Shown in pieces: positions 12,314-25,988 of a stretch of DNA of 64,000 nt. The position numbers were made by a program, and so were the translations under genes. Location: positions 556,623 to 620,622 of the forward strand of contig NMRA01000110.1 in NCBI GenBank assembly GCA_002633005.1. The letters run 5' to 3'. Position 1 is the first letter of the stretch; every line of letters begins with the position of its first letter. The notes under the pieces were generated by a model. The model worked only from the letters and a program-made list of their open reading frames with translations. It searched no databases and was not told the DNA's origin. Origin of the DNA: Phoronis australis (taxonomy: Eukaryota > Animalia > Phoronida).

Positions 12314-14149
12314 ACACAGTGTACACAAGCATGAGTGAATAAAGTGCACCTTATAATTATGATTATTTTTATGGAATTATTTTTTTAATCAAGGTGAATT
12401 TACTATTTAAAATGTTATTAACATACATTCCAGATGACATTTCTTAGTTATTATTTATCTGTGTATTTTTGTAGTCATTTAGCATTTGAAGTTGTAGTTA
12501 GCTTCTACTGTGTGTCCATTCCAAACTGTACAATGTTATTCGGATTATTTTGTAACTGGTAATAAACCCAAAATTGTCATTTACATCGTGTTTCGTTTTT
12601 TTTTCTAATTATTTGAATGTCACAACGATAACATATTATTCAGTAAGTGAATACGGTAATGGCTGGATATTACGTGCTCGAATTTTGAGAACCCCTTTTC
12701 TCCACTGCCAATAACAGGCATCAAACTGGCTCTCAAAATAGGGTCATATTATATCCGACTATTGCCATAAATACTGACACTTTGGAAAATATGTCATTAA
12801 TAGGTGAGGTCAGGTTGATTATGCAACAAAGGTAAATTATCATCGACACCAACGTGAAGCAAATCAAAACTCTGAGCATGAGATGTCAAGTATGACATTG
12901 TTCGTGTTATTTCTAGACTTATTAAAACTGGGTTTTTATTCAGTTTTTCTAAGAAACTGCTTAAAACTGTGTTGACATTGTTCTTAGCATTAGTGTAGAC
13001 AATGATATTTGCTTATTACGGTTCCCATCAGAATGTATTCTGCAAGAACACAAATCAACGTCAAACGCAAATGATATCTCTTCGCCAGATGCTGTCTTCA
13101 GTGTGCACTTGTACACTATGCTCTATTATTAAAAACTGATACGCATTTTTAAACACATTTTATTACAATCATATGAAAAAATACCATTCATAGAAGGTGG
13201 GCAGTGAGCAGTGAAACATCTATAAATAGAACATAATCTGTGTTCAGCTGTCCTTGGTTTTTTATACCAAGCTTTAATGGTCACAGGCTGTTAATAACTA
13301 AACAGTAGAACTGTAGTCTTAATGTTAATTATGTAACACTTAATTGGCAAGGGACTTCAGTTTAATGAAGAGTCTCGTCAAATATCAACCTGTGAAAGAT
13401 TTTGACTAGCTTTCATTCTAGATATGAAATTTGTACAAGACAAGAGGGTGTGTGAACTGCCTAACATGTTATTAATAAATATAAGTTTAGGCAAATATTC
13501 CCAAATTAGATCAAGTAAAAACCAAGCTAGAATTAGTCTAGCCCTTGCCCATGTAGCCACATTAAACAACAAAAGAAGTCCATTGGAAATATGCCTTTTA
13601 AATACTAAGGCTTTTAAAGATGGCTCTATGGGCCACTAGTTTATTTAAAGATCTGAAATTATTTCATAGATTCAGAAGAAAACAATCCTCACAAGATAAT
13701 AGCAACTGTGTGTACTCTACAACTAAACATCGTAAGTGGAAGACGAAACTTGTGTGACAGAGAGTATGTGAAGTACAAAGGATACTTTTACAATTGCATA
13801 GAAAAACAGCTGATTTGTAAGAAGATCTCTAACATACTATTATCATTCACATTATCTTCAGTTAAGAAAGAAGTCGTAGAAAGTAAAGTAGAAAATGTTA
13901 TTAATATTGCATAATTTCAAAAACCTTTCAAAATCTTGACATGAAATGTGCCATATAATGCAATTTATAAAATGAAAAAGTTACAAGCAAATTATGCCTC
14001 TCCCTTGCAAATAAAACTTTTAATTATCACAGATTTGACTTTCAAGAAGAACCTAAGATCCTACTAAATAGAAGCAGAGCACAATTACAAAACAAAGTGC
14101 ATACATCAACAATGTGATTCAAGTTCATTCTAGTGGGATATTCCTTGTT

Positions 14150-14713
14150 TTAAAACCCAAGTCCTAAGGCTGGTATGCCGTTTCTTGTGTAAAAAGTGTC
14201 TTTAACAATTCGTGAGCGGGCAAACACAGGTTTCTTGATTTCATCTTTTCTGATGACTTCTCCCAACTTCCAACCATATTCCTGTGTACTTGTGATTGGA
14301 AACGAATATTTCAGTTCGGGATCCGTGTGATTTCTCGCCTTCAAATACCAGTAACGACCTTTTTCTTCTTTTGTAAATCCGTCGTAGAGCATAGCAAATG
14401 TTTTTGGGGAGGCCGGTCGCATCTCTCTCAATGAGATAGGTTCCGTTTTTGATCTTGTCAGTTTGAGTAGACTGTCCTGAGCGTTCGTAGGTTTCTGTTT
14501 GCGGAACTTGTTTGCATCTATTTTAGGTAGTCGCCTTACCACATCTTCGTCCATCTTCGGCGCACCGACGATTCTCTTCCTGAAAACTTCCAGTTGTTTT
14601 GACTTTCCCATCCCTGTACTTTCCGAGCCCCATCGCAGGCGCGCGTCTTCCTCCTTTTCGATATGTTCCTCCCATTGTCTTTGAGCCCGCACGCCTCCAA
14701 TAAATCTGGTCAT
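14150..14713 (-). CDS. SPMIP1: Sperm microtubule inner protein 1 / ATP6V1FNB-like, single coding exon, 187 aa
   Basis: Clean ORF with the family pattern W.E...KE...R..W and EMRP...LYDG...GRY.YL..R....PE.KY.FP.TS...YGW.LG...R..I..FY.RNG, recalled from human ATP6V1FNB. Confidence 0.85.
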   Translation of the reverse strand: MTRFIGGVRAQRQWEEHIEKEEDARLRWGSESTGMGKSKQLEVFRKRIVGAPKMDEDVVRRLPKIDANKFRKQKPTNAQDSLLKLTRSKTEPISLREMRPASPKTFAMLYDGFTKEEKGRYWYLKARNHTDPELKYSFPITSTQEYGWKLGEVIRKDEIKKPVFARSRIVKDTFYTRNGIPALGLGF

Positions 14714-14922
14714 TTTTCAATTACGACAGTTTTATACAGCTCATACAATTTTTATGGAAGTTTCACCAATTTTCCTCGCACAAAGACTACAACTATAGCA
14801 CAGTGCCTGTTCAACGTCCCAGTTGTTGCACGCTCAGTTTTGCACAGTCAACGTCGCTATAGAGATGTGACGTCAGGATCTCGTGCACAGACCACGCAAT
14901 TACACGAGAGTACAAAAGCAAG
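14714..14922. promoter_or_regulatory. 209-bp bidirectional promoter between SPMIP1 and FBXL5
   Basis: Divergent ATGs, CpG-rich. RFX X-box-like GTCGCTATAGAGAT at 14853-14866, perfect CRE TGACGTCA at 14868-14875, and YY1-like AAGATGGCG overlapping the FBXL5 ATG. Confidence 0.65.
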
Positions 14923-17900
14923 ATGGCGCCCTTCCCTGAAGATGTTGATGTGTTTACTGTTCCACACTCAAGAATGAAGTCTTTGGTCGACAGTTACTAC
15001 AATTTGGTATATTAAAATGCAACATTTTTATCTTTAAAAACTGTTTAAATAGTAATGTCAGAATGCCATTCTTCTATTGTGTCGTCGTAATGAAAAAACG
15101 GACATATTTATATTCTTCATCAGAAATCACCTTCGGTTTCACTCCTCCACTCCTTTTTTACTGCCAGCTAGCTGTATGAAGACTGACGTCAAAATACAGC
15201 TAGGTATCACTGTGTTTTTTCTGCCGTAGACCACGAAATTGCACACAGCCAGGGCAGTTCTGTTCATCAACTCGCCATGAAACCTGGCTGTATCCACAGG
15301 CGTCCTCAGCTTCTGATCGTCCCCAATACACTACATATAATACTACAAGGTAGGACACTCTCGACTAGAAATTCCACGGGTGCTTCACTTCACCCGTCCA
15401 TAGCAAACATAAAACTCAATAAATTTACACAAAACAGGGGTTCAACAAACCATGAAGAATTGTTCTTTCTCCCAATACCATTCACGGTGTCCTGTTCCGG
15501 CGACTTCGTAAGAAATTCGCAGTCAAAGAACAAAAATGTTCACAAAAAACCCCCGCGCACGTCCATCGGTTGCCGCTCGAGGTCAAGGACGGTACGNGTC
15601 GCACTTGAATACAAAAAACAGTCTTAAAGTTCAGTGGCAAACATAGAACAAAAATATTTGAACTCTTTAGACGTAATAAACTAATTTGTGTAACGAAGCT
15701 TCCGTTGATATCGTCTTGCTAAACATAAATCAGTGATAGCAGATTGGTGTTGGCGGGCGTAGCAATGTAATAATCCAGTCCATGCAGACAAATCTCAGGT
15801 AGGTTAACATTCAGTATCATCATTTTGGCGCAGGGCTATGGTTGACTAAACAGTTGGATGTCACGCCCTGCAGTATGATTCACAATGCCTTTTGTAAACT
15901 CAGACACAATAAAATGAATGAAGCAGAAAGCTTACTGTTTCTTACTTCATTGGACAGCCCTGGCGCTTTCCCATTTTAGAAAATTCGTATCGAAGTCGTT
16001 ACCTGGTCCCCGGCTGTATTAAGTTTATATGCACTGTCGGATAACCAGGCAGAAACGAGATAAGAAAGGGGATTGGGGATTGAATGATTGTGTTTAACGT
16101 GGGCACAATTCAAGATCCCATTGTAAAATTATTATTTTTCCCTTTCGATCCACAAATGGTGAAAGGTGCCATGTGACTTGTACTTATTCATTATTACCAG
16201 CGATCATTCGTACTAGCGATCATTTTTTCTTGCAATTCATTTTACTAGCGATCATTTTTACTAGCGATCATTTTTACTAGCGATCATTTTTACTAGCGAT
16301 TTTTGCATGGCGGTGAAGTTTCCCCATCACGATTAGGTGTGTGGCGGTCAATCTGAGTATGATTTACGAGTAGCGGGGCCAGAAAGGAGCGTGGCGGGCT
16401 GCCCAAAAGTTCACACGCAAGGAAAACCCTGTGTATCAACATGTAGGCCTAGTGAAGCTCGGACAGGGTGCATGCCAAATCTGGGTATCAACCCACACTC
16501 ACCTTGCCTGTTAAAACCGTTTAAGTGAAAAACAATCCAACAAACATCATTTTCTTACGCCATTCTCGACCTTTTGTAACAATGAAGTTTAGAATATATA
16601 TAGGTAAATAAAACAACAAGAATGGGTCAACTGAAATTTTGGGATATAATAACATCCTTATTTAACAATGAAAAGTATGTTGTCGTTTTGAAAACAATAC
16701 GCTCGTGTCACGCCATTTCCTAATTTTTTTGACAAATTCGCAGCAGCAAAATTTGTTCTGAAGTTCAGTTTTTCAGTATCGAAATCCATAAAAACTTATA
16801 TTGAAGTGAAACCAGTTCCAATAATTTGTTGTGACGTGTACGCAACCTCGTGAAAGAACAAAAGTTGATTGAACAATCGGCAAAAAAAGAAACTGGCCAA
16901 TAGGTGACGCAATATTTTATGACCCTTATAACTGCATTGAAATCAAGCCGAAAAATTATCCGCTGAAAGATTCAACTTTTTACTATTCACTTGTTACTCC
17001 CCATTAATTTTGCATTTTTGTGAACTCGAGAACTGAAGCATTCACTTGACTTAATAGTTGGCATTTAAGTCACTACATCATGTGATCTGAGATTACAAGA
17101 TGGCAGACAATGCGCCGTTGTTAGGGGAAGGTAAAAAGAGGTGAAATACAACTGGTAAGCCATTTGCAGTTTTCTAAACATGCCAAGGGAATTTGATTTG
17201 GCTTGTACTAACTCACTGAACAAGAAGTTTCCTTCCATTATTTTGGTTTATGTCCATTTCACCAATCGACAAAAGGCCGTCCGATGACCTTTCAGCTCTG
17301 TTTAAGAGCTGAGTATTGGCTATCATTTGACGTGAGTCTTCACCACAGTCAGGCATTGAGATCGTAGAGTCACCACAGTCGGGCACTGCTATCATGGAGT
17401 CACCACAGCCAGTCATTGGGGTCATGAATCTGTTCACTACTTCACTAACTGCTGAAAATCCATCAACACTTAGATTTGAATCAAGCTTTTGTACCTGAGA
17501 GTTAAGCATCCAAAACCATTCAGCTCCCAGGCAATAGCCATTTGGCAAGCGGCTTGGGGAGCCGTTATAAGGCTGTACATTGTCAGTTGAAACTTTTATT
17601 TTCACTAAGTTCATTTTAGAAATTTAGACATTCAAGATGTACTGATTTTGTAGAAAACTCCATGAAAATGTCAATCCTACCTTGATTAATGCAAAAAAAC
17701 ATTGCTTAATATTTTCCTTTACTAGTCAAGCAGGTACTACACATGTTGCTCAGTTGTTTCAAATGTGGATGTCTTCATGACTCTGTTTATGTATAGAGTC
17801 ATCAAGACACTAAAAGTGACAATAACTATCTGAATCCTTAGACTTTGTATGACATAACTAAGGTACAAATAACAAGAGAGCATTACGTGTGTTGAATGGC

Positions 17901-20900
17901 CGTGCCCCACCTCTGGGCTGTGCCCCACCTCTATCTCATATGTAGACTTACAACCTGTTACAAATAACCAAGTAATGCATCACTTATTCACCAAAATCAT
18001 TAGAACAACTTATTAATTATATACTCCGTTTAAAAACTACTTGCTGAACCATTTCAATTCATTTTGTCTCGTATATTATTTTTATTGTGTCATTTTTGTT
18101 GCAGGTTGCTTCCACAAACTTCTCCAACGACATTGACCTTCAGTCACTGTTGATGAGCCTATCGCGCACATTCTATGAGTTGAAGGCACACGAGCAGATA
18201 GAGAATATGTACATTATGGCCAAGTTGAAGGCAAAGTTGAAGGCTTTGTCCATTACCAACACAGCTGTGTGTAACTGTCACGCTGACAACAGGCTATCCA
18301 ATATCATGCAGCTTCTGTCGCAGGGCTTCAGTCTGTCGTCCAATGACAGGAAGAACTATGAGAGTCAGCTGAGGTCAGCACTGCAGGAGTTCACTGAACA
18401 CTTCCTGCCTCACATGCAGCAGGAAGAGGAGGTAATGAAACCCTTCTTTCACGCCACGACACCAGCGATTGTTTCTGAGCCCTCTCCCACACCACTACTG
18501 CATCAAAATTTTTGTCTGACCACTGGGATCACTTTTTGCATTGTACTTGTGTTCTGCATTAACAGGTCGTAGACTTGGTGTGGTAATATTTCCCACTGCA
18601 TTTGAACTCAACAAAGTTGACAAATAGTACAGATCTTTGTTGCTTAATGCTCCTTGGTACACAGCTCAGAGTTGATAGTCATGACATTTGTTTTCCTTAA
18701 TTTTCAGTTTTACTCTTCTTTTTGCTCTATGGTGTAAAACTGGTCAAATTCAGAGTAAATGAATGATGGAGGACCTGACACTACACCCAGTGTTAGCTCT
18801 ACTCTTGTAAAGCCACATTTTTGGTACATTTCAAGTTTTTAAGGTCTATGAAAACGATTCCTCAAAATTATGTCCTAGCTGACTCATTCATAAACTCAGC
18901 ACATGACTTGTTTAGCTTTTTGCATCAAGTGATGTAAAAGCGTAGTATTAGGCAAACACTGTATATCTTACCAGTTTATGATTAACTTGAGAAATGGTGG
19001 TTCAATCATTTATACTTTCTTAACCAGTCAATCACACATTTTGCTAGTCTTTTAACCATTGTACTTTGTAGATTTTCCAACCGCTTTTGATCAAGTACTT
19101 CACGCGTGATGAGCTGAAGGCCCTTAAGGAGCAGGTGCTGACTGAACATGTCATCAAACGGGAGGAAGCACAAGAAGCCAAGTATCAAGAGTGTGAGAAA
19201 CAAATACTAGAGAGTGGTGAGTGACAGTGCCCCATGATGTGGTCAGGTATACTACCTGCCGAATTAATAAGCAATTCTCCATCAGAAGCACAAGTGGCGG
19301 AAAAAGATGAGGAGTACAAACATTGTTCCTTTTTGCTTAGACTTATTTATTTGTTTAAGCCATGTTATATAACCTATAATACTTTATTTCCGTGGTCATT
19401 CAGCAAATGACCCTTTCTGTTTCAGAACAAAACGATGAGTCATGCGAACGAACCATCACTGATTTGCCACCAGAGGTCATGGTGAAAATATGTTCGTATC
19501 TTGACCCGAGAGACCTGTGTCGTTGTGCCCAAGTGTGTCATCAGTGGTCTGCCATCGCTATGGATGGCCAGATGTGGTGGGAGATAACTCCAGTGGAGTG
19601 GGCAAATGGTATGAAAGTATACTTCACTAGTTGTATAGTGCCTGCTGGTCATTGTGTTCAATGTCAAAATGTTCAGAAATCATTGTTTGGCAGTCAGTAT
19701 TTTTGTTACACAAGGCTTGGAATTTTCCGCGCAAACGCGGATTTCCGGTTTTTTTTAAATGTTCTGTCCGCGTATGTTATTATATTTCTTTGTAAAAAAA
19801 TCGGATTTGATATAAAATCTCCACGGCAAATTTCTTTCTTACCGCGGCGTTGCCAATGACTTTCACCTCGAAAAGCGGAAGTTGCTCTTTATGTTTCGGA
19901 GGAACGTAAATTGTCGACATTGCCGGGGCATCTGGGATAGGGTGGTGGATTTCTTCAATGGCGTCTCGTGTGATTGTTAACCGCGGTGACAAATACTACG
20001 GCTCTGCAGCCAAAAATGTGTGGGGGTGGGAGTGGAGTGGATGGACGAGATAAAAAGACGCAGACGCACGGTCCTGGAGGTAGTACCGTTCTTTTTGTTT
20101 GTTTTTTTAGTCCTCCCGATTCTTGTCGGCAAAAGATCGACATCGACTATTTCAAGGCTGGGTGCGCGCGTGTTTTTGGGCTGTAAAAATTTCTGCTTTT
20201 GTTGTCATTGGTCATTCCAAGCCCTGTTTACATCTAATTGCATAGCATTGGATATCATCAAAAAGCTCATTAGTTTCTCTCTTAAACTCTACATGATCAC
20301 ATCACATTAAAAAAATTGAAAGTCTTGGATCTTTTCCTGTTCAGGTTTCTTTTGGGGAATTTTAGCACTTGAAACTTTTAAAATTATGCAAGAATGGATG
20401 AATCGGTGTGTGTGCAGACAAGAGCTGTACCCATTTTATGCTCTTGGGAAGTACAGAAGGATTGAGATTTACTAGGTCCATGGCCTGGTAATAATTTTCA
20501 AAATGCTTTTTAATTTACAGCACTATGTAAGTCTGGCTTAATTATTCTTTTTAATTTGTGCATTTTGATTTTATTTGACTGTGTTCAAAACGTCAGAATG
20601 ATGTCTTACTAAGCAATCGAATTGTATTTCCAAACCAGCTTAATAGATGCATTATCGTGTGGCAAGTCATTTTTTCTCCTCTTTTCCAGGAAACTGGTGC
20701 TTCAAGCCCCCTGACCCTGACCCCTGTGACCTTGAGGAAGATCTGGCTATTGACACCTACAGGTACATTGATGAGGATGCAGACATTGACGAGTCAGCTG
20801 ACAGTGACAGCAGTGATAGCAGTAACTATAGCGATGTCGCTCAGCAGGTATACCTCACATTCCGACTGTCGTATTTCTGGTTCTGTGTTACATTTAAGAC

Positions 20901-23900
20901 GTTATGAGTGCCATTTAACGTAATTTGTTAAATATATGATATTTTCTTTGGTCAACGAATCTTTCAAAGTGATTTCTCTGTGAAGTCCTAAGATTCATTC
21001 TTTTTTATTTTAAAAACTGCATTGGAGTTACGTTTAGATTTGTGAAGCCTATTTTTTTCTATACTATTCCGTTTGTGAAATGTAAGTTGACACAGATTTA
21101 ACTATCACGTGATTAAATCACTTGATATTGAGATTTTGTGTTTCTAATGCTCATTGCTTGCAAGACACTTGTGTAAAATGTCTTTTGTAATGGAAATGAC
21201 ATGTATGCATTGTTGCATGTCAGCTCATTCTTCTTGTTCAGTGGCGGTCATAATCAAGTGTTGTGCTTGATCCTGTCAAGCTTATTGGACACTTAACTGT
21301 CACTGAACTCAGCCCACGTCTGAGTAGGAACGGTTACTCACTGGCTACACCAAGGTGGTCTCACTACCTGAGCAGGTTACAAGTGCCCATGTTATTGAAC
21401 TGTTATATATTATAATGTGTCTTTCCATTGATTCAGTGTTCTTATGCCTGTCTTCAGATCCGCCAGGAGTCACGCGTTCTGACTGGTCTCATCAAGTATG
21501 TCCTTCCCAAGGTTGGCCAAGAGGTGGCGACACTGACACTGGCTAACAGCAAAGGCATTACTAACTCACTGGTAATGGACTGACTCGTCTTTATGAATAT
21601 TGTCTCAGCAGGACACTAGACCATTGAATTTACTTCCAACAAGACTACTTTAAAATTATTTTGAAGTGTGTCACTTTATTTCACTCATGTACTTATCAAA
21701 GCAGTCTGTTGTGCTCACACGTATCTTATTTTCACAAACTGTCTTCTTCAAATTACATTGGGTGTTTTGATTTCATAAAAAATACTCTCTTGGTCAGTTT
21801 TATAGTGGGTCAATAGCTCATCAACATGGCTACTACTTAATGATTGTTTTTGATTTATAAGCCTGATGTATAAAGGCCGGTTGACAACCAGTGAAAACCA
21901 TGGTTACAGCATCCTGTACAAAAAGGTTCACACAACGTTCACACAATGTTCACACGACCTTGTGACATTACAGTGTGATCGTAGGGACAAAGTTGCTCTA
22001 ATTTCAAAGTTTTGTAAATAGGTCATTGGGTCTACCTATACACATGTTTGTCGAGTCCTATCCTTGTAAACTCTGCATTCGTGAGGTAAACAGCTAGAAT
22101 GTCAGGCTCAGTCATCACTTAATAACTACTGTGGTGACCTCTGTTGTACTACTCTTACAGTTCCACAAGATGGTGCAATTGTGCCCCAACCTTGAACAGC
22201 TTAATTTATCTCAGACCAGGATTGGAGATGCTGCATTCAAATCGTAAGTTAACCTGTCAATCATCAGTTCATGACCCTTGATGCTGCCTTGGTGGCTGGC
22301 TCTCATCGCAGTGTACAGTGCCATCATTTAACGTAAAACATCTTCCAAAGTACCAGAAAAATGTGTGCAACGACCCGTTTCGAGGATTTTTCATCTCTCT
22401 TTCATTTATTGAAATTGTTCACTTAATAACTGGATGTAACATATTTTAATGTTCTCTTCTGTATATGAATTGAATGATAGCAGTTTATGCAGTATTGTCC
22501 CCCATACACATTAGAAGTTTATGCAAGTTGGAACACATGTTTATGTGATAAGAAGTGTGCTCAGTTGCTTGACTTGTACTAATAGTCAAGAGTACCTGCT
22601 CTAGAGTAACACGGAAGACAGGCGAAATAACTCCATTGTATCAATGAAAAGTGTACAAATGGGGAATTCACTCCCCTGCACTGTCGGTGGTTTTGCGACT
22701 GTTGTTGAGCAAATTGTGATTATTACCTGTAAAACAATGAACGTCATATTAAAAGCAACAGTTATTTTATCTTGGTCTCAATTTCGTTTTTCAGGTTTGG
22801 GAAAACAGTGTTTCTTCCAAAACTGAAAAAGTTGGTTCTATCTGGCTGTGTCAACATCACTGACTGTGCGCTGCAGCGATTGGACGCTTCATTCCAAAAA
22901 TCCATCTGTTCATCTGGTCACTATGATAAAGACACGTCTGAAGGCATGTGTGAAATGAACAAGCCCAGTCTGCCGTGTTGTATTGTTAATGACAAAGACA
23001 TCAGGAGTCAGTGTGTGGAGTCTGTAGATGTCAGAATGTACAATAGGGGGTGCTGTCATAGTCAGTGTTGTGAAGAACAAAATGACAACCAAGAAGTCTC
23101 TGAAGAACATCTGCCAAGTATTGAAGATTGTGTCTTGAGTGAGAAGACACCTGATGACCAAAATTTGAGTTGTTGCGCACAATTGTCAAAGACTTTAGAA
23201 CATTTGGACTTATCGGGGTGTCACCTGGTGTCTGATGAGGGACTAAGGTCAGTTTCGAATTAGACTGTTTATTTATTCCTCTCAAATAACTTCACTTTGA
23301 AATAAGTTATCCTGAACTGAGCAAATTAAGTACAATAAAATCTCACAACAATTTTGGACAAAAATAACAGACAAAATCTTCTTGCTTTCACCAACAGTCT
23401 AAAATTGTTTTATAAAACATCTGATGGTAGTTAAGTAGAGAAATGAAAAAACGAACATTGTATTTGATCCGACAGATTTCCCTAAAAAGTTTCTCACTAA
23501 ACTGGTAGTAAGCTAAATTGCAGGTCATTAAATTGAAAGACCACACAAGCATTTTTAATTTGCTTTAAACCTAGTAACTGCATGACAGAAATTGTTCTAC
23601 ATCTCTGTAATATCTGTACAATTGTGTTTACAGATACCAGAGAGTTAAGTGTTAAAAATGTAGCTGTTGGTGAGAATATGAACACATTGTATATTGTACG
23701 ATATCCCTGATAATTTTGATAATTACCCTTAGTAATTTTTGTTATACCATGAAGGGAAATGGTCAGCTCTCACAAATTGTCTTTATGTCTGCCATCCCAT
23801 GCCATGACAAGCACTGTCTTCTACAGTCACAAGGAAATGCACAATCACATGCCATTGACATGGAAGGAAATGAACGGTCACATGTCATTGACATGGAAGA

Positions 23901-24307
23901 ATTGGTTAGCCTTGTCAAAAGTACTGTCTTTTTTATTTATTGCCACCCTATCAGAATCCAGTTGACATAAGTTACAGAATTTTTTGGTAACTAAAGAGAT
24001 GAACACTTGATGAAGATAAATATATGATTGTGTTTAATAAATAATTAATTAGCCTTGTTACTCGCCATCTTGTTACAGTAAGTTGACAAGTGGAGGTCTG
24101 CCGAGACTTTGTCACCTCGACCTGTCCGGCTGTATGAATCTGACGGGACGGGGCCTTCAGGGTGTGGTCGATGCATGCCCTGCCCTCATTCACGAGCTGT
24201 TCTTTTACTGTGACAACATTAGCGACGGTCCACTGGCGGAGACGGCCAGTGGATGTAATAATGTCGACTGTCATAACCGTGTCTGTTGTCGTGCACTGGT
24301 CAACTGA
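14923..24307 (+). CDS. FBXL5: F-box/LRR-repeat protein 5 (hemerythrin + F-box + LRR + C-terminal 2Fe-2S site), 9 exons, 591 aa
   Basis: Exons 14923-15006, 18105-18431, 19072-19216, 19426-19608, 20690-20847, 21458-21571, 22161-22243, 22795-23247, 24079-24307 sum to 1776 nt in frame, all with GT-AG. Motifs: [36 protein letters not shown]-box [22 protein letters not shown], and C-terminal FYCDNI..GP...TASGC.N..C..R.CCR. Confidence 0.96.
16196..16300. repeat. Short ~16-bp tandem repeat in FBXL5 intron 1
   Basis: Repeated tttttactagcgatca. Confidence 0.8.
19711..20226. mobile_element. MITE with CAGGG-type termini (hAT/P-like) in FBXL5 intron 4
   Basis: 13-bp TIR caaggcttggaat / attccaagccctg (1 mismatch). 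CpG-rich interior unlike the host intron; TSD imperfect. Confidence 0.55.
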
Positions 24308-24682
24308 ACTGAGTGAGTGGAGATTAGGTTCTTGTTATAGGCTATTAGCATATTGAATTAGCATATTGAACGGTCTTATTGCGCTGTGTGTACACATCAT
24401 AAGGTGCAGATATGCTTTGTCTCACAATATATGGTATACAAACTTTATACTTTGTTACTGTCAGTTGGGTAGAGCGTCAGGAAACTACAAAAACTGTGCT
24501 TTAAGTGATTAAAATTGCATGATCGAACCTTAGGTGCCATTAGCAGGTTTGTGTGTGTGTAGATATATGTGAGCTGAGAGTGGGACATGAACACACTGTC
24601 ACGCATACGCACATGGCCGGAGACCAAAACATCACGTGCAGTTGATGAAACGGGTTCGTTTGACTGGATATATCATAATTGG

Positions 24683-25012
24683 AAGTCCTTAGTACACAGT
24701 CAACGATTTACATACCTAGTTAATGTTTTCAGCCTTCTCTCTGAAGCCTTTCTCAAACTAATAATGACGTGAGAGGCTGGGACATGTGACGTCAACCTGT
24801 GTGGAGACATCTGATGGATGTCTGGGAATGTTAGTCTGGTTAAAACGTATCTCAAGCAGACATGTTCCAAGACATCTGTCAGATGTCCTCACGCAGGAGG
24901 ACGTCACACATCCCAGCCTTTCATTATTCATTATTAGTTTGAGAAATGCCTCAGAGTGAAGGCCGAAATCGTTAACCAAGTATGTAAATCATTGACAGTG
25001 TATTAAGAACTT
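24683..25012. repeat. ~330-bp foldback palindrome (MITE-like) downstream of the FBXL5 stop
   Basis: Left arm aagtccttagtacacagtcaacgatttacatac... matches the reverse complement of ...gtatgtaaatcattgacagtgtattaagaactt over ~160 bp. Confidence 0.85.
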
Positions 25013-25480
25013 TATTGTCATCTGCAGTGTGGATTAATTATTGACTTTCACCGATTCAGGCTCAGAGGCTCCCTCTAGTGGCAAAATGACTTTAATGGTT
25101 GGTAGGTTCTAATGCAAATGGTAAAGATTCATTATAACTGCATGTGCCGTACCTTCTTTGACTTGTCATTCTTCAAAGTTATGAATTTCTATCTAAAATA
25201 AAAGCTTGTGAGATGAAGGATACCTGGGGTCATTGTTAGTGGAGTCCCATCTGTCTACAGTCCAGTGGTAACATATGAACTGTTGGCATTGTATGGTTGT
25301 ATGAGCCCGCATATAATGATCACTACCTGCATTCTCCCAAGGCAATTCCCAATGTGGGCTGACTATTACGCAATCACAATGTAATCTGTACACCAGCGAT
25401 TGGCAGAGTGCAGACACTATTTTTTGCTCTTCGTTAATTACTCCGGGATTTCTTGTTACCAACACATTCATGATGGTACA

Positions 25481-25988
25481 ATTATCTCCCTCTAACATTA
25501 CTGACACATTGTAACATAATATGAGACATGTTAATGATGAAGGTAATTAGTAGTTATCTCCCTCTAACATTACTGACACATTGTACCAAAACATGAGACA
25601 TGTTAATGATGAAGGTAATAAGTAGTTATCTCCCTCTAACATTACTGACACATTGTACCAAAACATGAGACATGTTAATGATGAAGGTAATAAGTAGTTA
25701 TCTCCCTCTAACATTACTGACACATTGTACCAAAACATGAGACATGTTAATGATGAAGGTAATAAGTAGTTATCTCCCTCTAACATTACTGACACATTGT
25801 ACCAAAACATGAGACATGTTAATGATGAAGGTAATAAGTAGTTATCTCCCTCTAACATTACTGACACATTGTACCAAAATATGAGACATGTTAATGATGA
25901 AGAGTAATTAGTAGTTATCTCCCTCTAACATTACTGACACAGTGTATCAAAACATGAGACATGTTAATGATGAAGATTAATTAGTAGT
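25481..25988. repeat. 72-bp minisatellite, about 7 copies
   Basis: agtagttatctccctctaacattactgacac... recurs at 72-bp spacing (25549, 25621, ...). Confidence 0.95.

Noticed and set aside
14795-14812. CAGTGC loop as an iron-responsive element near the FBXL5 5' end
   Set aside because: The flanking 5-mers (tagca / ctgtt) do not pair.
15222-16130. Possible solo LTR or SINE pieces in FBXL5 intron 1
   Set aside because: CpG-rich and TE-like, but I found no matching TG..CA ends, TSD or A/B boxes; it contains a gap at 15597.
25012-25045. IRE-like c-atctg-cagtg-tggat downstream of FBXL5
   Set aside because: Only a 5-nt loop, two G-U pairs and no lower stem; not a canonical IRE.
25547-25867. 106-aa repeat ORF
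   Set aside because: Translation of the 72-bp minisatellite.
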